A stretch of DNA of 64,000 bases from assembly GCA_951406725.2 (NCBI GenBank), contig OX597822.1:22444001-22508000 (forward strand), in the 5' to 3' direction. Below the pieces are notes generated by a model. The model did no database searches and was not told the origin of the DNA. It worked only from the letters and a program-made list of their open reading frames with translations. Within the stretch, counting starts at the first letter, position 1. Each line of letters opens with the position of its first letter. A program made the translations under genes and the position numbers. Below are positions 1 to 12,189 of this stretch, piece after piece. Source of the DNA: Octopus vulgaris (lineage: Eukaryota).

Positions 1-235
1 AAGAGAGAAGACTGTGCTGGTGTTTTCATGTGATGCATCATATAGAGAATGTGAATTGTATGAAGAAGAGTCAAGCTTTTATAGTGAATGAACTCTGAGG
101 AAGACGGAAACTGAAGAAGAATAGGAACAAAGTAGTGTAAACTGATTCCATGATGTTATATCTCATGAAGGTGGTATGGTTGGCAACAGGCTGCGCTGAA
201 GAAACACTTGACTACCATGCCAAGAATGACAAACA
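1..235 (+). mobile_element. Degenerate 3' fragment of an RTE-clade LINE
   Basis: Translates to ERRLCWCFHVM...KKSQAFIVNEL*GRRKLKKNRNKVV, a decayed form of the RTE C-terminal RRLRWYGHVMR...GRGRPRKTW motif. Apparently the same family as 41860-43080. Confidence 0.55.
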
Positions 236-994
236 AATTATAAAATTTGGTCAAGGATGGAGACATGATATGTTTCTACATCCATGCCTCAGGTGAATTT
301 TGTACCTGCCAAGTTTCTATCTGCTAACCCTATTATCTATTCAAGATTCTCTTATACGGTAGAGAGGTGCAGATAGTACCTTCTGACTTTATACTTACAT
401 CATTATACCTGATAAACATAACAGTATCTGATATGTACCCCTCCAGCCCATAACCTCCCCCCACCCCCCACAACCACTCATTACTGACTTCCATTACACT
501 CTCTTACCACCAACTACTTCTATGCCTATCCATTTCTCTCTCCCCAGAGAGCTTCCTTTAGTGTTTCCCTTCCATGTTCTTCTGCGATTACTTCCCCTCT
601 ATCTCATTACAGCCTGCCATAACTATCTCATCAAATTCTCTCACCTATTTCACATTGCCCAAACAACACTGTGAGTCTTTTGTCTTGTAAGGTACAATTT
701 ATCACTAGTGTTGGTGCTTTTATAAAATGTACCCAATACACTTGGTAACGCAATTGAGAAAATCCGGTAGTTTTGTTGAGGATATGATATCCTCTCTATT
801 GTTGCTGCCATAACAAAAATGCTTCCAGCATACACTGCACAGTTGATGTTAGGAAAAACATGATCAATTTGTATCGTATTTCCATACCAACATGGCCATT
901 TTTTATGCAAACTTTGATATATTTAATGCCCAGTCATTCTCAGCTGCTTGTTTGTATTCTGCCACTAACGCTGGTTAATATTATATACCTAAAG

Positions 995-1202
995 AAGATG
1001 GCAAGCTGGCAGAATCATTGGCATGCTGGGTAAAATGCTTAGCAGTATTTCATTTGACTTTAGGTTCTGTGTTCAAATTTTGCCAAGGTTGACTTTGTCT
1101 TTCATCTGATAAAGTGAGTATCAGTTGAACTCTAGAGTTGATGTAATCAACTTACCCCTCACCTGAAATTGCTGGCTTTGTGTAAAAATTTGGAACCAAT
1201 AT
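995..1202 (+). mobile_element. Old tRNA-derived SINE, family B head with alternative tail (B')
   Basis: ggcaagctggcagaatcatt...gttcaaatt...gactttgtctttcatc...aaattgctggctttgtg. Matches copies at 6090-6275 (-), 19740-19930, 37224-37435 and 55360-55556 (-). Confidence 0.75.
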
Positions 1203-2138
1203 TATATATCTAATTGTGTTTCCTTCATTTCTCTTTACATCTCACTACTACAGAGGTTCACATTTTACTTCAGGCTTTGCACAGCCTGTCTTTCACAAAA
1301 CAAGGCTTCTAGAACTGGGTTTATATGCTTCATACACCCATTAACATTTACATTTGCAAAATATATAGATTCCAGACAAAATTTTGCTTCACACACACAC
1401 ATGTTTGTATTGTTCATTTATATCATATGTGGATTATCTAATGTAGCTCTATAATTATTTGATAATGTCTATCAGCAACTGGAATTGTTGATTTCTTACA
1501 TAGGCGAAAAGATGGAATTTTGGGACAGTGATTGCCAAGCAAGATGAGTACACAGAGTCAGGCTGAGATACCCTTTTAGTCCTGTCTCATCAAGGACATC
1601 ATGATATCTATAGTGCCACTACTATACTAGAATGTACCCAGTATTCTTTAACATCCTGACATAGAAACAAAGCCAAAATAGAATGTGTGAGCACCAGCCT
1701 ACACATGCCATTGCTTCCAGTAAAACTGACTTAGAAATAAACAACTCATTCAACTCATGCTAGCATAGAAAGCAGACATAAAAGATGATGGTAATATAAA
1801 TCAGAAAACATATACTTTTAGTTTAAAGGAAAATGTGTTCCAGTATAGAACTTTACATCCATAGACTTCAAGTGCCGGTTTTGCAAAAATTCAAAAGCTT
1901 GATTGGATAAAACTCTTTGCCAAAAGCAAAGTAGATGAACAGATAAAGCTCCAACTTAACTCTGTGTAAGCTTATGTTCTATGGTTTGCATTGTTTTTGT
2001 GTAATCAGGCACACTCTTAACTTTACTTGCTTAAGGATTCATTTTTATTTAAATGTCTTAAGGATTCATTTTTATTTAAATGTCAAAAATAGTCTTGCAT
2101 GCTGTTTTTGTATTTATATTCTTTTTCATTTTCTTCAG

Positions 2139-2306
2139 CATAAATCCAGAAATCTTCTCCATCGTCTTGAGAAGCGCCATTAAAACAGGGTCATCAGAAA
2201 TATGGAAATATCTTTGGGATGTTTATTCAGAATCAACTAATCCACTTTTAAAGACAAAAATTTTATCGGCACTTGGTCACACACCAAATAGTGAAGATTT
2301 AAGCAG
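2139..2306 (+). CDS. M1 aminopeptidase (aminopeptidase N/ERAP1-C-like) internal coding exon, 168 bp
   Basis: Polypyrimidine tract ending ttcttcag, donor AG|gtgagt, phase 2-2. Encodes INPEIFSIVLRSAIKTGSSEIWKYLWDVYSESTNPLLKTKILSALGHTPNSEDLS(R), matching the ERAP1-C pattern I.P.LR..VYC.AI..G....W...W..Y......E...L..AL. Confidence 0.92.
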
Positions 2307-4477
2307 GTGAGTATCATCTTTAGAAAATCCACAATTGCATTTTGTGGCTTAAAAGAATAATTCTAAAAATATTAGAACAGTCATTAACTCTGAACAAAAA
2401 TCAATAAAGACATGAATCTAATCTTGTTCTTTGTAGGTGCTTCTTCAAGTAAGATAACCAGAAACTCTTTACATTCTAATGAGAGTGTGAAACTGGAAAT
2501 TATCATTAAATGAAAATACAAATATAAAAAAAAAATTAACCAAAAGAAACCTTAATTTCATTTTTTTTTTCTTTTTTGTTTCCTATTTTCTACTCAAGAA
2601 GAGTATATATACATATTATTAATTTTACTTCTAATTATAAATCAATTAAAAATCATACTAAAATGTAGTTCAGCATCTAGTTTGTTGGACTGCTTTAATT
2701 TTCTTATATAGGCCATTATAAGCTTTAGATTTGTTAAAGATGAATAATGTGATATTACAGCAAGCTGCCTTTTTCAAAGGTAGTTAGAAGATGAGCAAAC
2801 AATACTGCTGAAACAAAATTTACAAATTCAGCTAGCTAACAATTTACCTTTTCTTTATAATACTTAGTGCTCAGACAGGTGAATAGGCACCTATGTAGGT
2901 ATGTGCATCTATGAAGGCAACATTACATATGCACACATACACATGTGTGAGTGAGTGTGTGTGTGTGTGGATGTGTGAGTAAGTGAGTGCACTCATACAA
3001 ATTCAGGGAAGTGTATGTAAAAAATGCCAAGTATACATTTCTATTGACAAATTACTCTGTATTATAATTTGCTGTAATTTATCTATTAATGTGCTAAATC
3101 TTGTAATTTAGTGGAAAGCCATTTTTTCAATAGAACAGACCAAATTCTTTAGCTCTGTTCATGTTTTCAAGCACAATGAGTAGCCATTCCAAAATATATC
3201 TAACAATGAGTGTTAAACCACCTGAATGTTGTGTTCAATTTAGCTTATGTATATGAAAACTTACAATACTAGTTAACCTCTCTAACCAGGGCATTGAAGT
3301 GAATTAATCACACAGAATCATTAAATCGATGGCTGGCCCCTCTTTCTTTATAGAAACATATTCAGCCTCTTCATACACACATCAGACATTAACAATAAAA
3401 ACTCAAATACCCAGCAGAAATTTAATCAGAGGAATGGAGAATCCCCTAGAAGGTTAGGAACAGGCTAAAGATTACAAGTTTCCTACAGTTCTATGTAGAA
3501 CTACCTCATAACTTCAATGAAAAAAAAACAGGAATATTTACTAAAAACTTAAAGTAAAAAGAATAAGACATCATGTGGGTCAAGATGTTTTTTCATACAT
3601 ATAATATCACTATGAAATAGTTTTTCTTACTGACCTGGGCTTAGACAGTAACATCAGCTCTTACTGTTTATATTTCCATTGTATTTCATGTCAGTGTAGA
3701 CTACCTCTAGCTTACTTCTGGAGACTGTCTTTACACTAGCAATAACTAGATTTACCAATACAATAACTGATTGCTACGTATAAAATACCTACAAAGGTAA
3801 GAAGCAAGTATTGAACTAATTCTATAATTGGGTATTGAATGGCATTCTAAAAAGGGAAAAATAATAATTTGAAGTAGTATACAAAAACAATAATACTTTG
3901 ATACACAATATTCTTAGTTGTTTTTATAAGAGACAGAATTAATTTCAAAATGCTACTGGAAAGTTAATGCTATTTAAAAAATTTTCAATGTTTAATTTTC
4001 TTTCTATTAAACAACTGTGAAACCCCTAATCCTTTCTGTCTCAAATATTACAAATCAAACAGACTCACTCCGTGGAAACTATGAAATCATGTTTAACTAT
4101 TGACAATTTAGTCTGGAGCCTGTAAGTCTGAAACTGCAACTCTGTGTGTGGTGTGTATGTATATATACACATTTGATATACACATGCAAGCTACTATAAG
4201 TTTCATGCCTCAGAAAATACAATAATTGGACGAGCTTGTGGAGTGTGCTGTGTACTCTTGGGAGCAAATGATTGCCTGATAGCACACGGCATGCTATACA
4301 AGCTTGGCCAACTATTGTATATTCAGAGTCATGGAACTTAAAATAGATTGCATTTAAGTCCTGTGTATATTAAATGATATTTATCTCATTCTGGATGAAG
4401 TACTTTTTTGCTAACCCCATCAATAACTGTATAGTATACCATATTATATATACATTTATATGTGTGCAAGTGGATAG

Positions 4478-4805
4478 GCACAGTATGGCCAACTGGTTAA
4501 GAAGTTTGATTTACACTCATGAGGTCTCAGTTTCAATACCCCTGTGCACTACCTCACACAAATATCGTTTTTGACAACCATAAGTCGAGTCCCAGAATGT
4601 GTAGATGAAATTAAATAAATCAATCCTGTGTAGAAGCCCATTGGATGGTCTGCACCTGTAATTCTAAAGTCTGGTTTTGTCACACAATGTACTACTGAGT
4701 CTACCAGAGAATTACATTGAGAGTACATGCATTTGTGGAATACTTAACCACTTATGTGCTTATTCAATGAACCATGTAGTTCAATTGAGCAAACAGCTGA
4801 AATTC
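4478..4805 (+). mobile_element. Old SINE: A-like tRNA head plus the tail used by family C
   Basis: Box A/B-like tggccaactggttaa...cagtttcaatacc. The 3' part (gtcacac...gagaattacattgagagtacatgcatttgtggaatacttaaccactt) aligns to the tail of the 26555-26939 copy. Confidence 0.5.
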
Positions 4806-5633
4806 TGACCAAATTCCTTTATGTGTGAGAGTGGTTTTACATAAACATATATTTATCAGTTGACACATACAAAGAGAATGTAAGAGATTGGTAACATTTT
4901 AGGTGAAATGACAGCATAGGGAGTGAATTGACAGAGTTGTTACAACATTGGACAAAATGCCATATGTTGTATGTTTTGGTTCCTTGCATTCTAGTTTCAA
5001 ACCCCACCAAGATCAACTTTGCTTTTCATCCTTCCTGGTATGGTAACTGTAGCATCAATGGAAGTTGTGAAAGCCATTTTTCAATAGACCCCTGTAGCTG
5101 TGAGGTTACAAAGTTTACTTCTCAACTACATGTTTTAGGGTTCAGTCCTATTGAATGTCACTTTAAGCAAGTGTTTTCTACTAAACATTTAGGCTAACCT
5201 GGATGGGGAACAGATGAAAAAATTATAATGTTGGACAGTGTCCTTTGCAGTATTTGTTCTAAATCTTTGCACTTTTGAGTTCAAACTCTCCAGGTCTCTG
5301 AGTGCTTTAACAAAGTCTACTCTATTGCAAGTGGTTGTGTTAAGTCTCTGGTTTGAGATTGACTTTCTCCTTCTCTACCACCAGTCTCATAAACCTTATG
5401 AAGGATCATGGGTACAGAACTTTTTTTCTTGTAGAACAGATGTGTAAACAAAATGTAAAACAAAGTTGTTGTTTTTTGTTAATTAATATTTAATTATGCA
5501 CTTACTCCAAAATTACCACTGCACTTATCTCCTTTTATACTAAACATTTTGAAACCCACTTAGTATTTAGACAAACACCCTCAGCAAAATCAATAATTTT
5601 GTATTTTTAATTTGTGTGTATTTTCTTTTTCAG

Positions 5634-5774
5634 ATTACTAGTTTATGCGATGGACAAAGACAAAATCCGAACTCAGGATCTTTTTATAGTTTTCGCATCA
5701 GTGTCAGATTCTGTGGCAGGAAGATTACTTGCATGGCGGTTTATAGAACTGCACTGGGATGAACTTACTGAAAG
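5634..5774 (+). CDS. M1 aminopeptidase internal coding exon, 141 bp
   Basis: Acceptor ttttctttttcag, donor AG|gtcagt, phase 2-2. Encodes LLVYAMDKDKIRTQDLFIVFASVSDSVAGRLLAWRFIELHWDELTE(R), containing the IRxQD...G..LAW.F....W..L signature. Confidence 0.95.
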
Positions 5775-6089
5775 GTCAGTTGCATTTTATTGTTTGGCAT
5801 TTACATGATAGAAAGGAATTTACAAAGGAAACAAATTTGGTAATATCTTGGCAATCCCAGGAGACATGAACATTGGTAGAAGAGAATGTCACTTTTTGAT
5901 ATCTTTGCATACTCCTTTTACATCAGGTTATCCATCAGTGTAATTGTTGAGATGTTTGTTTTATTTCTGTGAAATTTTAAATAATTAGAAGTGGTTTTAA
6001 AAGTGTTTTTCACGCAGACAGATATCAATATTTTCTAACACTGTTCAGTGAAAGTGAAAGGTTATTACCATTTTCACTTAAGCAAAAGC

Positions 6090-6275
6090 TGATATTTCAA
6101 ATTTTAGCACAAGGCCAGCAATTTCTCAACTGGTATCAATTTCTCAACTTGTATCAATCCCAAAAGGATGAAAAGCAAAGTGGACCTTGACAGAATTTGA
6201 ATTCAGAATGTGAAAATGGGCAAAATGGTGCTACACATTTTGCCTGGCATGCTAACAATACTGCCAGCTCACTGA
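6090..6275 (-). mobile_element. Old SINE B' copy
   Basis: Reverse complement of the 995-1202 type (tttcaaattttagcacaaggccagcaatt...gaatttgaattcagaa...ctgccagctcac). Confidence 0.7.
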
Positions 6276-6299
6276 TGATCTTACAAACATTAGATAGGA

Positions 6300-6460
6300 A
6301 TAGGAGTGACTGTGTGGTAAGTAGCTTGCTTACCAACCACATGGTTCCGGGTTCAATCCCACTGCGTGGCACCTTGGGCAAGTATCTTCTACTATAGCCT
6401 TGGGCTAACCAAAGCCTTGTGAGTTAATTTGGTAGACGGAAACTGAAAGAAGCCTGTCAG

Positions 6461-6498
<38 letters not shown>

Positions 6499-6715
6499 AT
6501 ATGTTTGTGTGTCTGTGTTTGTCCCCCTAACATCGCTTGACGACTGATGCTGGTGTGTTTACGTCCCCGTAACTTAGCAGTTCAGCAAAAGAGACCAATA
6601 GATTAAGTACTAGGCTCACAAAGAATAAGTCCTGGGGTCGATTTGCTCGACTAAAGGCGGTGCTCCAGCGTGGCCACAGTCAAATGACTGAAACAAGTAA
6701 AGGAGTAAATGAGAG
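6300..6715 (+). mobile_element. tRNA-derived SINE family A, full length, with internal (TA)n/(GT)n
   Basis: Head ggagtgactgtgtggtaag...ggttcaatccc, CORE-like accttgggcaagt...ggaaactgaaagaagcc, tail ggcggtgctccagc...gactgaaacaagtaaa. More than 10 homologous copies in the window. Confidence 0.92.
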
Positions 6716-7371
6716 AGTAAAGTACTCTAAACTCAAAACTGGGGTTTCTCAGCAGTCTAAATTCTCTTCACTCCCCATAATTGATCTCTATCTAACATAG
6801 CTGGCTAGTTCTTGACCTCCTACACCACACCCTCTTCTGACTTCCTCTTGAAAGAGGCTCACATTGGTCTCTCTACCTGGGATTGCATTGTATGTGAATC
6901 CTGGCTCTCTTCTGTTTGCCAATGGTATCTTATTATCAGCCATAGAATAGCAAAGGTTTTCAAATCATAAAATAACTCACTATTACACATTAATTATTTA
7001 GAAACAAGTTGAAGATGCCTGATATTGAACAATGCTATGAGTATAATCTGTGTAAAATAAACAAAATATGAAGATAAATGTAAAAATTTATCAAACATAA
7101 TAAATGTTACATTTAAATGACAGTGCTCTCTCTGCATAAACAGTGCAATAACTGTTCAAAATGTACAAGGTGGCTCAAACATTATGTGACCATTTAATAT
7201 ATATATGTATACTAGCAGTATTGCCTGGCTCATGCGTTCTATGCACGCGCGAATTAAGCTAAACTTGGATGAAGTTCAATCAAAATTCAATTATAATGGA
7301 TTTTTGGAGAATTACAGTATTTTATTCCTAGTTAATCTTATGTAACTCTTTCATAAATTTAGAAACTATAG

Positions 7372-7405
<34 letters not shown>

Positions 7406-7409
7406 CTGT

Positions 7410-7648
7410 GGAGGCGCAATGGCCGAGTGGTTAGGGCAGCGGACTTGCGGTCGGAGGATCGCGGTTTCGATTCCCAGACCGGGCGTTGTGTGTGTTTATT
7501 GAGCGAAAACACCTAAAAGCTCCACAAGGCTCCGGCAGGGGATGGTGGTGATCCCTGCTGTACTCTTTCACCACTCTAAAGGCGGTGCTCCAGCATGGCC
7601 GCAGTCAAATGACTGAAACAAGTACAAAAAAAAAAAAAAAAAAAAAAA
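7410..7648 (+). mobile_element. Chimeric SINE: family C head fused to family A 3' end plus A-run
   Basis: 7410-7575 has box A tggccgagtgg and a B-box-like ggtttcgattcc, and is homologous to the 26555-26939 head. 7576-7625 is the family A tail ctaaaggcggtgctccagcatggccgcagtcaaatgactgaaacaagta. A-run at 7626-7648. Confidence 0.85.
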
Positions 7649-7836
7649 TATATTACATACATGCATGCATGCATGTATATATGTATGTTATCATTACTTT
7701 TGCTTCTGCTCTTCTCTACCAGCATGGGTCATTTTAAGTCTGTACTATATAGCTGGAAGCCTTTTCTGATAACACTTTGAGTCACCTCTTCTTATATAGG
7801 AATGCAGTATACCTATTCTAAAAACTAGACTAGAAC

Positions 7837-8305
7837 CAGGGCCATCGCTAAGCCCCTGCAACCCCTGCGGTCACAGGAGACCTCCGCGGTTGAAGGGCCT
7901 CATGTTAAGATCATAGTACATAGATGAGCCATTTATTTACTTTGGTTAAGATGTTAACTGAAAATTTCAAGCTAGAGGAGGAAAAAAATACGAAGGTGTA
8001 TTGTAAATAAATTTAAGAGAAACAAAAAAAGTAAATAAAAATGCATGTCAATGAATTCCCTAGGGAGATAAAAGAAAAACAAAAGAAATCCAAAACAATG
8101 AAAATAAGAACAACTTCAACTGAAAAGACAAGAAAAAGAAGCATTGGTGATGAAAGCAGGGGATGCATACTTATGCATACATACAAACATTCATACATAC
8201 ATACATATAAATACACACACACACACACACAAACACGTATACAACTGGCTTTTTTTCTGTTTCCATCTACCAAATCCATTCACAAGGCTTTGGCTAGCTT
8301 GGGTT

Positions 8306-8351
<46 letters not shown>

Positions 8352-9104
8352 CGTGTACCAAACACACATCTCTTAGACTCTCTGTCTCTCCCTCTTTCTT
8401 TCTTTCACTCTCTCTCTCTCTCAGTATGTATATATATATATATATATATATATGGCATTGTTATTGTTGAAAAACTGGTTACTTTGTACCCAGAACAGTG
8501 GCTTTTGACCTCAAAGGCAATAAAAACTGGGGGATAAAATTCTTTCTGTACCAAAAATAAGGTGTATGCACGCACACACACACAAACTTCTGTGTGTGTG
8601 TGTGTGTGTGTGTGTGTCTACCTTCGTACAGATATTGTTTTCTCACTATCACTCAGCATCTCAATTCTTCAGTGGTAACTAGATTGTGATCAACGTATTT
8701 TATTTTGCAAAGTACTATTTTTCCCTTGAATTTGTGATTTCAGAGGAAGGTAAGAAATTCTTCGTATTTTGCAACTTTTGTATATTGACTTTACAGTTTG
8801 AATTGTAGAATTGTCTATCCAGTCAAAATAGTGCAACAGCTAACAGTGAAATATAAAATTAAAAAAGGTTTTTCGACTGTTATCAAGTCTTTGAAAACAT
8901 TCACATCTATTTTTCGAAAATATATAATTTGAAATAGTTTGCTTTTGTTTTGGACTGCACATACAAAAGCTGAGACAACTATACTTCATAGTTGTTACTT
9001 TGAAATGCTTGTCTTCTGATATTTCTGAGTTCATCGAATAAGTTTTCAACCCTATTAAATGTTGGCCCTCCTAAACATGAAATAATACGATAGTTCCAGC
9101 CCTA
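7837..9104. mobile_element. Possible decayed hAT-type element
   Basis: Starts cagggccatcgcta and ends tagttccagcccta (imperfect hAT-like TIRs). The minus strand near 8830-8880 reads FLILYFTVSCC, like the hAT dimerisation motif FLTLPVTVASC. No 8-bp TSD is recognisable. Confidence 0.3.
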
Positions 9105-9223
9105 AATAAATTTAACTTGTACTTTTAACCCTTTACTGAAATAAGTAAAAGAGTAAAGAGTAAACAGAGAGTAACTCATAGCTTCAAGATTTTGATGATG
9201 CGATTGTTTATTTTTAGAATGAC

Positions 9224-9533
9224 TTTGAAAATAGAAATAATAGATTTCTAAATCTCTCAGTGAGATTTATGCAGTGGCTGCACGATAAAGTGATAGTATG
9301 TTGTCAACTTAATGTGCGAGTCCCATGAAAGGGAAGAATACTACTGTTATTTAGCCCAAGGAAATACAATTTCCTGTTGGACTTGACACATTACCTGTGT
9401 CCTTATGATTTCAAAGTGTAGACAAGCACCTCCACCCAGCAAAGCCTGCAACCAGAGACTAGTTTCAGAGTCATTGCTCATCATCAGTCTGGAGTAGCAT
9501 GGCTGTCACATTAGGTTGACAACATACTATCAC
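9224..9533 (-). mobile_element. Short Penelope-like/retrozyme-type insertion carrying a hammerhead
   Basis: Flanked by the direct repeat tttagaatgac (9213-9223, 9534-9544). Carries a 31-bp inverted repeat (9286-9316/9507-9537, 1 mismatch) and a hammerhead at 9452-9492. Confidence 0.7.
9452..9492 (-). ncRNA. Minimal type I hammerhead ribozyme, intact core
   Basis: Minus strand reads CCAGA CUGAUGA U GAG caauga CUC U GAAAC UA GUC UCUGG: stem I CCAGA/UCUGG, conserved CUGAUGA and GAAA, palindromic stem III ACUAGU, GUC cleavage triplet. Confidence 0.85.
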
Positions 9534-10012
9534 TTTAGAATGACATTGTAGTGTAGGTGTGAGAGGTCAGATCTGGCCAGTTTGAACATAAAACAGATAA
9601 AATGTGGCTGGTATAAATGCTAAATGGTTAAAACAGGAAATCATGTGTCTAGCCAGGATTTGAAATCATTCCTCTTCTACTGAAAACTTACAATTGTTTT
9701 GTACATTCACTATAGAGATGCATAAAAGCAGTGATTAAGAAGTTTGTTTCTCAGCCATGTAATTTCAGATTCTTTTGTGCAGAACTTTAGGCAAGTCAAT
9801 GCCTTTTCAGTGGACTTGGTAGATGTAAACTGAAAGAAACCAGTCATATGGTGTGTGTGTGTGTGTCGGTCTGGTTGGTTGTCTGCCTGCCTGTCCATCT
9901 ATCTTTCCTTCCCTATCTTGATATCATGTATTAATTGTAAATGAGTGTTACTGTTATACAAGCAGAATCATCCATTTCTGGCGCTCTATTGTTTACAATG
10001 ATGAGGGTTTCT

Positions 10013-10243
10013 TATTTCTTTATTGCTCACAAGGGGCTAAACATAGAGGAGACAAACAAGGACAGACAAAGGGATTAAGTTGATTAGATCGACCCCAGTG
10101 CATAACTGGTACTTAATTTATCAACCCCAAAAGGTTGAAAGGCAAAGTCGGCCTCGGCGGAATTTGAACTCAGAATGTAGCAGCAGACGAAATACCACTA
10201 AGCATTTCGCTCGGCATGCTAACGTTTCAACCAGTTCGCCGCC
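10013..10243 (-). mobile_element. SINE family B nested in the tail of another SINE
   Basis: Homologous to 19973-20202 and 45419-45651. TSD ttacaa(t/c)gatgagggtttct at 9993-10012 and 10244-10263. Confidence 0.9.
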
Positions 10244-10555
10244 TTACAACGATGAGGGTTTCTGATTGATCCAATCAATGGAACAGCCAGCTCGTGAAAT
10301 TAACTTGCAAGTGGTTGAGTGCTCCACAGACACATGTACCCTTAACATAGTTCTTGAGGAGATTTAGCGTAACACAAAATGAGATAAAGCTGGCTCTTTG
10401 AATTGCAGGTACAACTCATTTCTGCCAGCTGAATGGACTGGAGCAATGTGAAATAAAGTGTCTTGCTCAAGGACACAACACACAGATGGGAATTGAACTC
10501 ACAACTTTATGATCATGAGCCAAACATCCTAACCATTAAGCCATGTGCCCTCACT
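10244..10555 (-). mobile_element. SINE with family D head and family C tail; its last bases lie at about 9975-10012
   Basis: Sense head gagggcacatggcttaatggttag...gagttcaattccc...tgtgtccttgagcaagacactttatttcac as in 47856-48190. Tail gaactatgttaagggtacatgtgtctgtggag...ttaatttcacgagc as in 26555-26939. Confidence 0.8.
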
Positions 10556-10791
10556 GTCATTCATTTCCAATATTCTATGAAAACATGATTAGTCATAGGG
10601 AAAGATTGCCTTGCTTAGGAACATGATGGTTGGTGTCAGGAAATGTACCTAGTCATAAAAGATCTGTCTCAGCTTTGTCCAGCTCATGCAAACATAATGA
10701 AAGTGGACATTAAAATGATGATAATGATGATGATGATAATTAAATAATATATTATTTCATTATTAAGCAAGTGATTTACGTACTATTACAG

Positions 10792-10873
10792 GTATAAAAC
10801 TTCAGAGGTTGAGCTGCACACATTACTCAGTATTGTTATCAGCGAAATTATTACACAAGAAGAATATGACCAG
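10792..10873 (+). CDS. M1 aminopeptidase internal coding exon, 82 bp
   Basis: Acceptor tactattacag, donor CAG|gtaaga, phase 2-0. Encodes YKTSEVELHTLLSIVISEIITQEEYDQ and joins the neighbouring exons in frame. Confidence 0.88.
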
Positions 10874-10917
10874 GTAAGATGTTACATAGCATTTTTATTT
10901 TATTTTTTTTTTCTCTT

Positions 10918-11570
10918 TAACCCTGAATCGTCATCTCGGGAAACCATTCATATGCACATTCTTGTAAGACTGGGCAAGATATTTTTGAGAAAGGCTGGCA
11001 GTTGCCCATGCTTGCAAGACTTCCCTCTCCACATTATCAATGTTTATTCAAAAGAAAGGCCTCTGACTTGGATCAATATGGTTTAGTGTATGATCCTGCA
11101 TATAAGGATCAAGCTGTAGTGATGGCTTGTGTTGGTTGACCACATGCCACATGGTCACAGAGGATGAGGAAGTATGTCATGGAGATGGGGAGTGACTGGG
11201 ACACTGCTCAGATGGTTGCTTGGGATGACCCAAGTGAATACTGACAAATGGTGGATGCAGTAATGTATTGCAATCATGCACGCCTCCGTACCTGACCTGG
11301 ATATATAAAAGTAGAATGGTTCCAGGCATTTCTGTCAGAATGCAAAGTGGGTAGCTTGACCAACATCTTAGCAGTTCCACTAATTATCCACCCTGGATTG
11401 GCCCTTGAATTGACCGTTTTTTTTTTGTTTTGTTTTTTTTTTGGTCCTGAAAGGACAAAAAGGCAAAACCTGATCCTGGTGGGTTTTTGAATTTGGAGTA
11501 CCAAGTGTCAGAACAAATACTGCCAGGTATTCTTTTCAACACTACCAACTCCACCAATTTGCTGCCTTTC
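10918..11570 (-). mobile_element. Old composite repeat: B-like head (11440-11570) with downstream sequence related to the family D tail
   Basis: The reverse complement of 10918-11061 (gcctttc...ggagagggaag...catgggcaactgcc...cttgcccag) resembles about 48035-48125. 11440-11570 resembles the SINE B head. Confidence 0.4.
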
Positions 11571-11930
11571 TCTAACCCTCTCTCTCTCTCACACATACAC
11601 ACATATATGAACTCACATATTCATACATGTATGTGTGCACACATACACATCTTCTGTAAATAAAGAAGTGAAGTAACTGAATGGATAAGGTACTGATCAG
11701 TTCTTTATCCCCTTTGACGTCAACCCAACCATAACCACTCTTAATTCTAAGATACAAACTTTCTGCTTTAAAATGATCTTAATTAAAACTTCCTTTCAAA
11801 ATTTCAAGTCAGTTCATGTCTAAGACATCAGATTAATATGACAAAGATATTTTACTAAATTTCCACAATTCCCAGTCATTCTCTTACATATGTATCATTA
11901 TATAAACTGCTCCTTTCATCTTTTTTGTAG

Positions 11931-12071
11931 GTAACGGATTTCCTTGTAAAGAAACATGTCCCTATAAATGGACAGACTATCAGCAATGTACTGGAGTTCA
12001 TTCGTCTTCATATATTCTGGATGAAAACACATTTTGAACCTGTATCAGAATGGTTCCAGAAACACAAATAG
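11931..12071 (+). CDS. M1 aminopeptidase terminal coding exon
   Basis: Acceptor catcttttttgtag, phase 0. Encodes VTDFLVKKHVPINGQTISNVLEFIRLHIFWMKTHFEPVSEWFQKHK*, a typical M1 C-terminus (LE.I..NI.W...N...V..WF). TAG at 12069-12071. Confidence 0.93.
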   Translation, partial: VTDFLVKKHVPINGQTISNVLEFIRLHIFWMKTHFEPVSEWFQKHK

Positions 12072-12189
12072 AGGGATTTGGGCAGAAAAGAACAGCATTT
12101 CATAGACCAGTTTTTTTTTTCCTATTTTTTTTTTCTTTATAATTGGTGTGCCTCTCTTCTTACTGCCAATGGAATTATGGGGAAATTTT

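Noticed and set aside
650-910. 86-aa ORF within the aminopeptidase intron
   Set aside because: Antisense, with no splice support; at best a faint transposase relic.
2030-2083. 27-bp tandem duplication just upstream of the first exon
   Set aside because: Ordinary slippage duplication. Two units with no spacers, so not CRISPR-like; no CRISPR arrays or prokaryotic features were seen anywhere in the window.
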